From positions 66,340,001-66,404,000 of the forward strand of contig OX597814.1 in NCBI GenBank assembly GCA_951406725.2: DNA of 64,000 nucleotides, given 5' to 3'. The DNA comes from Octopus vulgaris (Eukaryota). The position numbers and the translations under genes were made by a program. The notes under the pieces are model-generated. The model saw only the letters and a list, made by a program, of their open reading frames with translations. It was not told the origin of the DNA and did no database searches. This document shows positions 41,501-54,800 of this stretch, piece after piece; the stretch's first letter is position 1, and every line of letters begins with the position of its first letter.

Positions 41501-44500
41501 GACCAAAATACTCTAATGGTTAAAATTTTTTTTAATTCATTGTTCAGTCAGGAGGGAAGTTGTGCCTCCTACAGTGCTTTTAAAATAGTGGGAAGTATCT
41601 TCAAATCAGAAACCTGGTCTATATACTTGCAACAGGGTAGGCTTCACTAAAGACATCCAATAATCAGGTGGTTGCAGTTAATCAGTAAATAAATTAGCTC
41701 TACTATCCAAGTAGGCTGCAGTGGTACTCAGAACAAACCAGATCAAGTATCACAAGGCATTCCATCTGAAGGTTTAACAATCCCACCAGTCTATCATCTT
41801 AGACTGGTACTTTATTTATCAACCTCTAGATGGATGAAAGACAAAGTTAACCTGGGCAAGAACTCAGATAACAAGAATTCCTGAATAAATACTGCATGCA
41901 AGACATCCAATGCTGTTAGAATTCTGCCAATCTGGTAACTGCAGGTATAAGATTAACAAAACCATGTATCATGCATGCATCTAGTCAACAACACTCTCCT
42001 TAACTGTAAAACAAGCATCAGAAAAGCAAATGATGCTTTTGTACTCCATACTGCTTTCAGATTCTCTTGACTACTAAACTGTACCCAAACCATTGCTAAG
42101 AGTATCTCCTCAAACTGTGAACAATCTGTTTATCTGCCACTCTTCAAGTATGATGAACCTGTAAGCAGCAACTTCTGCTGGTAAAACAATTGAATTAGCT
42201 GCTAGTTTTTTTTTGTATACACAGTCTAGAAGAACATGGAACCATGTGTCACAGAAGTAATGGGAGCAGGCACCTTCTTCTTCATCTTTTGCAATAACCA
42301 GCATTTTTGTTTCCATTTAACCAGATCCATATTTTCTTACATCGCTTACTAGCAATCAGCCTTCAGATAGGAAAAAGAATTTTTTTCTTTGATGTCATCA
42401 ATTTCAGCTTTAATCTATATCTAACGTAAGAACATCCTAACTAAGTTATCTACTGAGGTACTCTTATCTATCTCTCCTTTCCTGGATCATGAATTTTCTC
42501 TCATTCTACCCCCATTGCAGTTCATGTTCGCCAAGCTTTTTCTATCAAATCTTGAGTTAAACTACTAGATTTGGCTAATACTTCCTTGAGTACATTATTG
42601 ACCTACTTGTTATTACTTCTAACTACATACTCCCATATAAGATGATACCACTCTCCATTATTCTTTAATCTTCTACATACAAATGCATACACATGGAAAC
42701 CACACCATTCATACATTGTTTTTGTAATCAAGCACTTCAAAGACATCCTCCAATGGGGACCTGATAATCTTGAATCTTTTAATAGCACACAGGCACAATC
42801 ACTACACTAATAAGTTTTCCACTATGCCCTACATATGCATAAAGAGCAAACAACTAAGCATCACTGCAAGTGATAAGCCTCACAATCACTTATTGTCTCA
42901 TAACAATATTATATATAAATACATTGTCAATCACAATGACTAGGCCTTTTCTTTGTGGAAGGAATATACTTCAGCTTTAATTAGCAAAGATTCACTGACC
43001 AGCACAGTACAACCACTAGCTTGGATGCAGTACTGTCTTACCTCTGCTTTTTTAAAGCATACCTTATCCTCCCTTTATCTTCTATACTGTATTTTGTCCC
43101 CAGTCCTTTACTTATCCCTGCACCAAGAAAATTTCTGTAATAATTCCTCTTTAGTGTTGCTCTCCTTACCTGGACCTCAATCATACCAACTTGACCATTC
43201 TAGAAAAGCATACAACTATGAAGGCTACTGCTCTTCTCTCTTGATAATAAAACTATTCACTTTATTAACAATTGTATATTTACCATAGCTGATGCACCAT
43301 TTTGCTTTTTTTTTTGCCAAGTATTATAATTACTATAGCTTCCTATTTGTCTTTTTATGTTAAGAGAAAAGCTGTATACCTTTAATACTGATAAACCTTC
43401 ACACTTCATATACAGCTAACAACTTTGTTTTTCATCTTTCCAAAATCAATAAAAATTAAAATATCAGTCATTTAAATAATATAATTTATTATAATTTTGT
43501 GTTTTTCTCTTTTTTTTTTCTCAGGACAATGAAGCGTAGTGAAAAGTCTAAGGAATATCTGAAAGACATCCTGTCCTGCAATGACACAGTAGATCTATAT
43601 GTTTGTGTTTTAGACAAAGTGCAGACTATTTGGGAGTCAGAAAATACAAAGGACATCATGGTGCAGGTAATTTTCTTTCTTTGTTTTTTCTATCCAGTAC
43701 CGTTATCAGAAGACAACTCTTATATGTCATAACTTACCTTGAACACCATAACATTAAATATTTGCGCTGTATCACCTGCTGGATTGGGCACCAGTTTATA
43801 GCAGGTTTTGCCTTCAGAGGAAATTCAGTTGAGCAAAGTTTAGTCATACAACAATCATATTATTTACAATGGTGTTTTGTGCTGCTTTTCTCATGGAATG
43901 AGTTTTCATCTAGGTGAACTCAGCTATTGAGAAGCTAGTAGTTTTTTGCCAACAACACAGTGCAACACTGAATTTTCGATACAGACTATCAAAGTTATAC
44001 CTTTAATGTAATCTGCAAGTAAAATCAACATGATACTGCCTTGACAAGTCTAGTTTTATACAATATTTTTCAGTATTTAACATAATCTAATTGTGTAAGG
44101 AATTCTACTTTGATTTGTGTGAAGATCATTTTAGAGCTCATGGTCAGAAACTAGATTACCACAATTGCAATGCTAATTAGAACCTTGATGGGATCTTGAG
44201 TATAATCTAATTCCATTCTGTTAAGATGCTGGTGTTGCTTTTACGGAAGAAAATATGTACACATATAAGTAAATATGTTAACATACCTAACATCACATAT
44301 ATGTACTTACATGTAAATATGATATATATACACATGTTCAGTATATATACATATATGTAAATATGTCTATATACACACATGTCCAGTAAGTGTACATGCA
44401 TATGAATATGTTAACATACACAACATGTGTAAGTAGGTAAGTAAGTAAAAATCCCTAGATGACAACTGGAGTGGAAGGCTGTCCTCTCAACCAATATGCT

Positions 44501-47500
44501 GCTGTGAGTACCACAGGATGATGAACTCTAGTCATAAGGTTATTCCACACTTTCCAATCCATGGCCAGCACCATGTTTGAGGCTGAGGTGCTGTGACCTC
44601 AGGTCTTCCTCAGTTTGTTTCACCCATGTTTTCTTTGGTGCACTGTGCTGGATCCTCCAGTGTATGGGTCACTGCTTCCATAAAAGTTGGTATGATAGTC
44701 TTCTGGTGCTCATCATGCAGAGGCGGCCAAACCACTGTTACCGTCACTGCTGGACTTGGTCTTCAGTGATTGGCTGCTGCTGGCATAGTTCTTGGATGTT
44801 GTTTTTTGAGATTCATTTGTGTAGAAGATACCAAGGATCTGATGAAGACACTGCATTTGGAACACCTTGATCTTGTTCAGGTCTTGTTTGGGAATGGTCC
44901 AGGTCTCAGTACTGTAGAGGAAAACAAGCAGAACCAGCATGCAGAAAAGAGGGATCTTGGTCTTTAGGGAGATGTTGGGCTCTTCCAGACACACCATTAA
45001 AGGGATGCAAACACAAGTTGCAGATCCAACTCAACAGTTGCTCTCTGCTGTTGACACCACTTTCTTCTTTGCAGCTAGTGAGCCAAGATATTTGAACTCC
45101 CAGACCTGTTTGATCTAAATGCTATCAAGATGCACGATGGCCAGCAAGCCATCTGTCGTTAGAACTTTCACACAACATGTGCAGTATGTATACATGCATA
45201 TATATATGTTTACATATATAACTCTAGTATGTATACGTATATGTAACTATGCAAACATACACAACGTGTCTAGTATGTAAATATTTAACCAAATATTTAT
45301 TCATTATATACATGTATATGTAAACAAATATGATTACAAATTCAATATATATATATATATTCTATTGGTCTCTTTAGCTGAACTGCTAAGTTATGGGGAA
45401 CATAAACGCACCAGTTGTCAAGTAGTGTTTGGGAACACACACACACTCACACATATATGCATATATTTATACGAGAAGCTTCTTTCAGTTTCTGTCTGTC
45501 GGATCCACTCAAGGCTTTGGTCAGCCGATGCTATAGTAGTAGAAAACACTTGGCCAAGGTGCCACACAGTGGGGCTGAACCTGGAACCATGTGGTTGGGA
45601 AACAGGCTTCTTACCTCACAGCCACACACACACACACACACACACATCTCAACCCAATTGAGCATGAGAAAATGGATGTTAAATAAGGGAAGGCATATAA
45701 AATTGGCAATACATTAATGGTTAAATTCAACCTAAACATCCTACACACAAATCACCAGGCAAAGTACCTTGTTGATATTCTTGCTCTCCTCCCACCATCT
45801 TTCTTCCCCGCCGCCTTCATTTCCTTCTTGTCATCATTTTCGCCTCTTTCGCTAACATTTGTTATTTATTTATTGTCATTCCATTTCTCTGTTTGCATTC
45901 TAAGTTCAAATACTGCCAAAGTGGACTTTACGTTTCATCCTTTTGGAATTGATAAAATTAAGCACCAGTCAAGTTCTAAGATGGTTATAACCTTTTGTTC
46001 TCATCTCTACAAACTTCTAGTCTTGTGCCTATATTCGCAACATTCCTTATTATTTAGGGTGGTGGTGGATTCACAGAATTTTGAGAACATTGAACAAATT
46101 TGCCTTTTAGTACTTCTTACAGTTTTTGATGTTCTGTGTTCAAATCCTATGTGCGAGGGTGTGCTGAAAAGTTCTTGGCTTTGGGTAAAAGAAAATATGG
46201 ATGGTAGACCCAGGAAGACATGGGATGAGGTAGTCAAGCATGACCTCAGAGCATTGGGCCTCACTGAGGCAATGGCGAAGGACCGAGATCTCTGGAGATA
46301 TGCTGTGACTACAAAGACCCGGGCTGCTTTCTGCAGCAATTCCACATACCCCCTACCCATTCTAAGTACCCCGGATCCCCAAAGTACCCTGGATCCCCAA
46401 AGTACCCCGATCCCCAAAGTACCCCGGACCTCGTTGCCCCCGTGCCGCTGACACGTTAAAAGCTCGAACCGATCGTGACCGATGCCGGACCCTCCGGCCC
46501 CTGTGCAGGTGGCACGTAAAAAGCACCCAATCCACTCACGGAGTGGTTGGTGTTAGGAAGGGCATCCAGCCGTAGAAACTCTGCCAGATTCAGACTGGAG
46601 CCTGGAGCGGCCCCTGGCTTCCCAGACCCGGTCGAACCGTCCAACCCGTGCTAGCGCGGAAAGCGGACGTTAAACGATGATGATGATGATGATGATTGGG
46701 TAATTATGATTTTATTCAACATATTCCCCTCTCAGGTTCACACATTTATTACAGTGGCCCTTCAGTTTTTCTAAGTCCTGTAAAAGAACTCAGAAGGTCA
46801 GGCCTTTTGCGATACTATTGAAGCTAGGAACTTTCCAGCACCCCGTCGCAGATCTACTTCGCCTTTCATCCTCTTAAGGTTGACAACATAAAGTACCAAT
46901 TAAGCAGATTCGCTAGCATGAGGCATTTTGTCTGATTTTGTTCTGCATTCAAATTCTGCTGAGATCAACTTTGCCTTTCATTTCCTCAGGTTTGATGAAA
47001 TAAGTACCAGTGATACCCTGTGATTATACAGGGCTGACCAAAAGTCACCCGACAGTAAATCAAGATTCCATAACACATTCCAGGGAGAAAAACTAGAAGT
47101 AGTTGATAGCTTCCATTACCTAGGTGACCAAGTCAGTAGCGGGGGCAGGTGTGCTGAAAGTATAACTGCTAGAGTAAGAATAGCCTGGGCAAATTTCAGA
47201 GAGCTCTTGCCTCTGTTGGTGACAAAAGGCCTCTCGCTCAGAGTAAAAGGCAGACTGTATGACGCATGTGTATGAACAGCCATGCTACATGGCAGTGAAA
47301 CATGGGCTGTGACTGCTGAGGACATGCGTAAGCTCGCAAGAAATGAAGCCAATATGCTCCGATGGATGTGTAATGTCAGTGTTCATACTCGACAGAGTGT
47401 AAGTGCCTTGAGAGAAAAGTTGGACCTAAGAAGCATCAGTTGTGGTGTGCAAGAGAGATGTTTGCGCTGGTATGGTCATGGGGTGAGAATGGATGAAGAT

Positions 47501-48134
47501 AGTTGGTGAAAAAGTGCCACACCCTAGCGGTTAAGGGAACCTGTGGAAGAGGTAGACCCAGGAAAACCTGGGACGAGGTGGTGAAGCATGACCTTCGAAC
47601 ATTAGGTCTCACCGAGGCAATGACTAGTGACCGAGACCTTTGGAAGTATGCTGTGCATGAGAAGACCCAGCAGGACAAGTGAGACTATAACCTGTGGCCT
47701 CTACCTGGGATGTAGCCAGTCCACTTATGCATACCTTTCCTTCTCAGGACACAAAATTCTACTTGCGAAAACCTTTTGAGGCAAGTGAAATCGAAATCGA
47801 AATCGATCAAAATCAATGGAAATTGTAGTTGTGATACCAGTGCCGGTGGCACGTAAGAAAACCATCCGAACGTGGCCGTTGCCAGTGCCACCCTGACTGG
47901 CTTCCGTGCTGGTGGCATGTAAAAAGCACCATCTGATTGTGGCCGTTGCCAGCCTCGTCTGGCACATAAAAAGCACCCACTACACTCACGGTGTGATTGG
48001 CGTTAGGAAGGGCATCCAGCTGTAGAAACACTGCCAGATCAGACTGGGCCTGGTGCAGCCTTCTGGCTTTCCAGACCCCAGTTGAACCGTCCAACCCATG
48101 CTAAGCATGGAAAGCGGATGTTAAACAATGATGA

Positions 48135-48180
<46 letters not shown>

Positions 48181-48832
48181 TACAAAATTAGAGAATGGAG
48201 AAACATACTTAAATCAATAAAACATCAACTATCCGATGATACCCAATCAATACTTTAATACACCATTACATATGAGTAGAGGCATTATACAAAAAGAGAT
48301 ATACATTAATAGTAAAAAGATAAAGAGATATAAGTAAAAAATTTCAAATATAATATGCAATTAATCAAAACTGACAGCTGTTTCGGCAGTGAGGGCAGTC
48401 ATACCTCATTTAACCTATAAGCCATAAAGGCAGGTATAAATGAGGCATTAACAAGGATGCCCCACGGCCTCTTCAGAGAATTAAATTAAATTTGTTATAA
48501 TTGTGAAAAATATTATATAATCATATACATATAAATATAAAAATATAAAAATGTAAAATATAAAAACTTATACATCATAATGCTACACTTATATAATATA
48601 ATACACATTGGTACAATAAAGGAAGGTAAACAGAACAAAATAAAACAAAATATATATCAGTGTATATATTAATATTAATAAGTACCGATATTATACATAT
48701 TTGGCTAATATTTTTAAAAAAAAAAAAAAAAAAAAAAACCTAACACATAGGGAGATGAAAAATAATAATTAAAACCATGGTTCAGTTCATAAAATTCTAA
48801 AGCTATAAAAGTTAATAAAAATTACTATTAAT

Positions 48833-48863
<31 letters not shown>

Positions 48864-51800
48864 GATACAGTTAAGTTTGCACAAAGTCCATCCTTTCAAG
48901 AACGAAATAACTATGAGTTTAGAAATGCTGACCACTAGGTAAAGAAAATTTAGATTAATTCGATTGGCTATTGGTTTGAAATTTAAATCACAAAAGAAAA
49001 TTATACGGTTGGTTAGTCAAGGAACGCCAATATTCACACACGCATCTACAGATCAATCGCACATACACACATAGTTATATGTATATACATACACTTATAC
49101 GCATACATAATCACAAGCAACAACTAGCACATAGATAAACAAAAAGGGAAGCAACTATGCTACCATTTAGTCCTTCAAAATTATAACTGTGCCTCAAATA
49201 CCGAAAAAGAACCATCCATGCCTTTCATAAAATATTTAATTTAGATATAAATATATTTTTAAATATCAGTATGTTACTAAGTCAGATAATTATTTCATGG
49301 GTAACTTAAAATTTATAACACCGGTTTGTTGCATAGTAAACATACGGTTGTTAGATTTATCGTAAGTTTGTTATGATTCCAAGTACGCTAAAATATAAAA
49401 TAAAAAATATAAAATATATATTAATTTATATATTATAAATAAATCACATATTTACTTAATAAATTTAATGCCATAATATACCAGTTTAGGTATTAAAAAA
49501 TAGAAGGGGAAGTACTAATGTAAACGCTTATGAGAACATCACAGAAATTTTTAAAAATTTATATTATAAATACTTAAGATAAAATGCGATAAAATAAATA
49601 AGAAGGAATAAACACGAAGGAATAAATACGGTTATACACATATTATAAGTACAAACCAGTATATATGTATACATATATTATTAAAATTTAAATAAAAATA
49701 AATGATAGATATGTATGTATAAAACTACCCTAGTATAAGTAAATAAGTAAAAAATAAATAGATAACAAATTAGATGACTTGATATGTATGTAAACATCCA
49801 CACTTAAATAGGCAAATAAATAAATAATTAGAAGACTAAATGCAGAGATTGATAACAATACAATAAAATAAAAAATAAATAAAGTGAATATATATGTTAT
49901 ATTGTTGAAGGTAAATATGTATGGAAGGATAATTTAAAGTACAGATCCAGAGGACTATAGATATAAACTAAATATATAAGGCTGGTAATATTTATAAAGC
50001 CAAATGTATGTAAATGAAAAAATGAAAAAAATGAAAAAATGAAAAAGGTTTATTAGTAAATAGCATAAGATACAAATTAAGGTGAGTACAAAGAAAGACC
50101 AAATATACAATAAAAACCTTCCAAATAAACACATACAAAAAACCTATATTCTCAACCTAAACACACCAAACTCATAAAAGGCTCTCCTATATTACATATT
50201 ATACAATAACATTACATTATCTAGAGCTAGGTATCTAACCAAGATATACATATATACTATGCAATATACTATGCAATATTAGAAAACTTCAAAAATCACA
50301 TATTACAAGGCAAATACCAAAATGAATATGTTATTTCCTGTCATATTACATTTACCTTAAAAAACAAACAAAAACCCACATACAAAAACAAGAAACAAAT
50401 AATACTAGACACATCTATTATTATTATACAAATGTAGCTATAAAAATTATAAAATTATAAATTTATAAGTTGTATACTTTAGAATTATAGAAGACCACAG
50501 GTATAGTTAGTTAAAGAAGGGAGTTAAAAAATTAATAATAGTGGAAGTGCTAAGTTCTATTTGAATCTAGAAAAGGTGAACGGTAGCCTATGAATGCAAA
50601 AGAAGTTTTTTTCATTAATGTTGTTAATAATTTGCCGACCCGCTTTAATAATGAAAAAAATTTCATTAATACATAGAGAGCATTTTTTATTTTTTCCATT
50701 ATACACAGGTGCTGAATATATATATATATAAATAAATAAGGTACCCATAATTAACTCCTGTCTCAATTGTGATTAAAGTTCAATTGTGTCTCTTGACAAG
50801 AAAACTAGATTTGTCTTTTTGCATTCATGTCTTTTCTCATCAGATCCTGAAACTACTTTGTGTAAGCCGTAATGGCCTTAATGAAAACGAACTTCTGGCA
50901 TTGGTGCCTGGACTCACATGGTCAATATGGACACCAATTTTTAATGCGCTCTGTGATCAGTTAATTCTCAAATACCAGACAGGCCTAGTGATGCCAGCAC
51001 ATGAACAGGTCAGTTTTGTTTTCTTATTGCTATAGTTGTATTTATATTTGTTACTCTGAAAGTGTTGACAGCTCTCACTTGAGACAACCATAAAAAAGGG
51101 GATTTTTCTTTGCATTTTTTCTTTTGTTACTCTATAAGGCTTCATTACAGGTAAAAGAATTAACATCTTTTTTGTCAAAGATACAACACAAGTGAATCCA
51201 AAAATGCAGTATTGAGTAAAGTTACAGTGCTAATTAAAAAAAATCAAAAATATATTGTGTTGATATTTACTTTCTTTTGAGCTTTACAACAGGTGAGGGG
51301 CAAAATATAAAGTTTTCATCCTTACATCTGTCTTTGTTTTTGTCTTTCTTTCTTTCTTTCTTCTCCCTGTCTCTCTTCCAGAGGTTTATCCAGACATTCT
51401 GCTGACTGTTTTCACAAGTTGATATTGAACCATTTTGTATCTCATACTATGATTTTTCATTCCCTCTAGTTTCTGTATTTGGCCTGCCTTGACCTTGTGC
51501 AGATATTGTTGAATTTCGTTTTTGTCAATCTCAAACATTAATTGGTCTAGGAATGATTTTGCCTGTTGAAGATTTCACTACATAAATGATATTTGATCTT
51601 TACAAGAGCATGCCCAGCTCTTTTTTGCTGTCCTTTGTGTTCCCTCTGAATTGGCTGATATTGAGCATAGAAGTAAGATGAGCTGATCATTTGTGGAAAG
51701 AAAATGTAAGTCACTAATCATTGTGGGAAAAAGTCAAGATAATAGAGAGGGAACAATAATGAAAGATAACTGAAAAAATTTTGAGATTTCTTAACCTCAT

Positions 51801-54800
51801 CAGTAGAGTAAGTTTGTAGGACCATTAAAAAATATGTTTATAGCTCCTTATTCCTGTTACTCTATTGTTCTACAGAACAGTAGAATAGTGAATATAAGTT
51901 TCAAATGTCAGGTGTTAAATGTTGTCATAACCTAGCAAGCATAAGTTCAATTTGTGTTTAGTCAATCTATATATATTGAAGTTCAGGCAGAACAAGTAAA
52001 AGACATTGCAGGTAGGAGAATAACTAATACAAAAATATCCTAGATCTGGACAGTGGAATGAGAACAATATATCTGCATGGATTTAATAAAGGGTCCATTT
52101 TGAAGTTCCAAGAATACTACCCAATACAACAGATACCTGAAGAAGGCCAGAAGGTACAACAGCTGAAATATCATACCAATAAGATCCAAGACAAGAATCC
52201 AGTCTGAATAAATGTATAACTGCTACAAGCTGTTATCACTTTCTAGTGCTATTAACAGGACTAAAAAATGGTGATTTAGCAAGAATACTAGTCTACACTC
52301 TTTCTGATATTTTGTTTTCATCCTTTCTGCTCAAAGTTCACATCCCACTATGGTATACATTACCATCCACTCCTCCATCTGCAATATGTTGGGCTTGATT
52401 CAATTGTCTATACCTTCTCCCCGTAAAAACATTCACCTTACTCGCTTGAAATAAATTAATGTTGTTGATAGTTTTGTTGCTCTCTTCTCTTTAAAGACAA
52501 CAGAGGCATTGTATGTGTTCTGTTTTAAGCGAGACCAGAATGAAGAAGATGTAGTGGAAACTCGTCAACTATTGATAGCCTATTTCAGTGGATTGCTCCG
52601 GTAAGACACAAGATTACACTTTTTCTTATTCGTTACTATTTCTTACTAGTTTATATACATACTAATTATCACACTGAAGCTTAGTCAGCTGGAGAATATA
52701 GATGCTATGAATGAGGTTGGACCATGTTGTCAGATTAATTTTCTTGTAGTCACCCTGTTACCTTATTGGAAATTTTGAGTGAAACCATGACCTTGAAATA
52801 GATAAGAGTAAACCTAATTGGAAACAGTATTAAGAAATAAGCTTATAATTATCTGCACCAATAGTTTCATCTGTAAAGAAGAAACAACAGTATGATCATT
52901 GTTGATTTACACCTGCTTTATATGCTGGTATAGGTTGGACAGGTCATTGTTGTCCAAGTTCTTATTTGAAGTTACTGCCTTCCTAAGCAGAATGAAGGAC
53001 CACAGCTCACTAATGCCATGATTTCTATAACCTTTTATAATGTCAACTACTGCATAGGTGTACTGTGTACATTTTATTGTGCTACTAGCACTAGGGCCTT
53101 GATCCCTTGCAAAACTAAGAGTCTCCTTTACTGTCTTTGTCCATTTAAGGCAAGTGTTATCAGGAGAACAAGGGGAAAGAGATGAAAAGAAGCAGTGATA
53201 GCTATATATTGGTTGTTGGTAGGAGGCTGAATAGAAATCAGCATGATAGAATATCAAAAAAGATATGTTGTAGGAGAGAGAGTTGATGAGGGATAGTAAC
53301 ATAGATAGGTGATGGCAAGTAAGAATATGTACAAGGGTAATTCCATCTCTAATTGTTTGGGCAGCAAGATGGAAAAGAAGTAGAGTGATAATGACAATAG
53401 GTAATGGTGAACAAGTGAGTGAAATATCAGCAGAGAAAATAATAGTTAGCAGTAGAGGGTGACAGTAAGGATTACTAAATATGAACAAATCTTTACACAG
53501 GTATCATAGTGGAGGAAAACTGCAATGATAGAGAGGTGATGGTGAGGTAGAATGAGAATGGGTTGTGGTGAATTAAGAGTTCAAATGCCATCTCTCATTA
53601 CACTGACAGTGTGTTACACTGTATAGGATAGGGTTTTGTTAGTGAGAGGGTGATGAATAGGGCAGTAGATAGACTTAACCGCAGTATACAGAGTGAGAGA
53701 CCCAATGATATATTATACATTCCAACTGTCACTACTACCACCACCACTTTTCTCTTAGATTGCATGTAATCCTTGTGCATCTACAGCTTACACTGGTACA
53801 TAATGTGGAATTTCCACCTATTTTTCTGCATGTTTAATATGACCGTTTCTCAACATTTAAAAAAAAATTTTACATCTGCATTGTCAGAGGGCTGTGGATT
53901 GGCAAAAGTGTTAGAGCACTGGGCAAAATATCATTAGTTACAAGCTTTCATGTTCTGAGTTCAAATACTGCCAAAGTCAGCTTTGTCTTTTATCCTCTCT
54001 GGGATTGATAAGGTATCACTACAGTAATGAGATCAATTTAATTGACTGCACCTTTCCCCAAATGGTGCCAGTGATTACGTTTATTATACATGCTGATTAC
54101 TTTTACTCAAAACACTATTAGATGTCTTATTTTTGGTTGTGTACTGGATTTGAACTAAAATCTTTAGCTCTAAATTAAGTGTAAGAATGCTCATATCCAC
54201 AGTGTGTCAGTCACTTGGCGCATTGATAAAAGCATATGCTGTACACGTCAAGAAATAGATATTTGATGATAATTTGAGACTGGCTCAATCAAAACGTAGT
54301 GCAGATATTAATATTTCCTTTCATTTCTGAATATGAAATTGATTGTATGAATAATTATGATCTAATTAACAACACCACTTGGCCATTTAGACATTTAATG
54401 TACTGTGAAGTATTCCTACAGTATATATAAAACACCATTAACTTTTTAGTGTATGTTTTTCTGTACTGATGTGTTCAGTGGGACTGCAATGATCCTGCAA
54501 TGTCTATCAATCTGGTTTAGTTTTCCTTAATTTTCTCACACATCAGTATTTTATTCAACCAGCTCAACTTATGTCTCAGTAGCATACATCTTTGCTTGTC
54601 AGTAACAATGTAGTCACTACTCTTACATTGATAAAAGTATTGCTCTTTTATATTCATTCGCCATGCACATTCCAGAATTCATTCAACTGCAGTCTTTATT
54701 GGTCCCCTGTATTCACTTATTTGGTTTTTCTTCTCATGCACCCGTAAAATATCACCAAGAAATGCATAAAATTTCATGATTTGTACACACAGCAAAAAAT

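Noticed and set aside
45717-46451. 244-aa ORF
   Set aside because: It is a chance read-through of SINE, MITE and RTE fragments
52907-53488. 193-aa minus-strand ORF
   Set aside because: Low complexity and pyrimidine-biased with no recognisable motif; possibly an old LINE remnant
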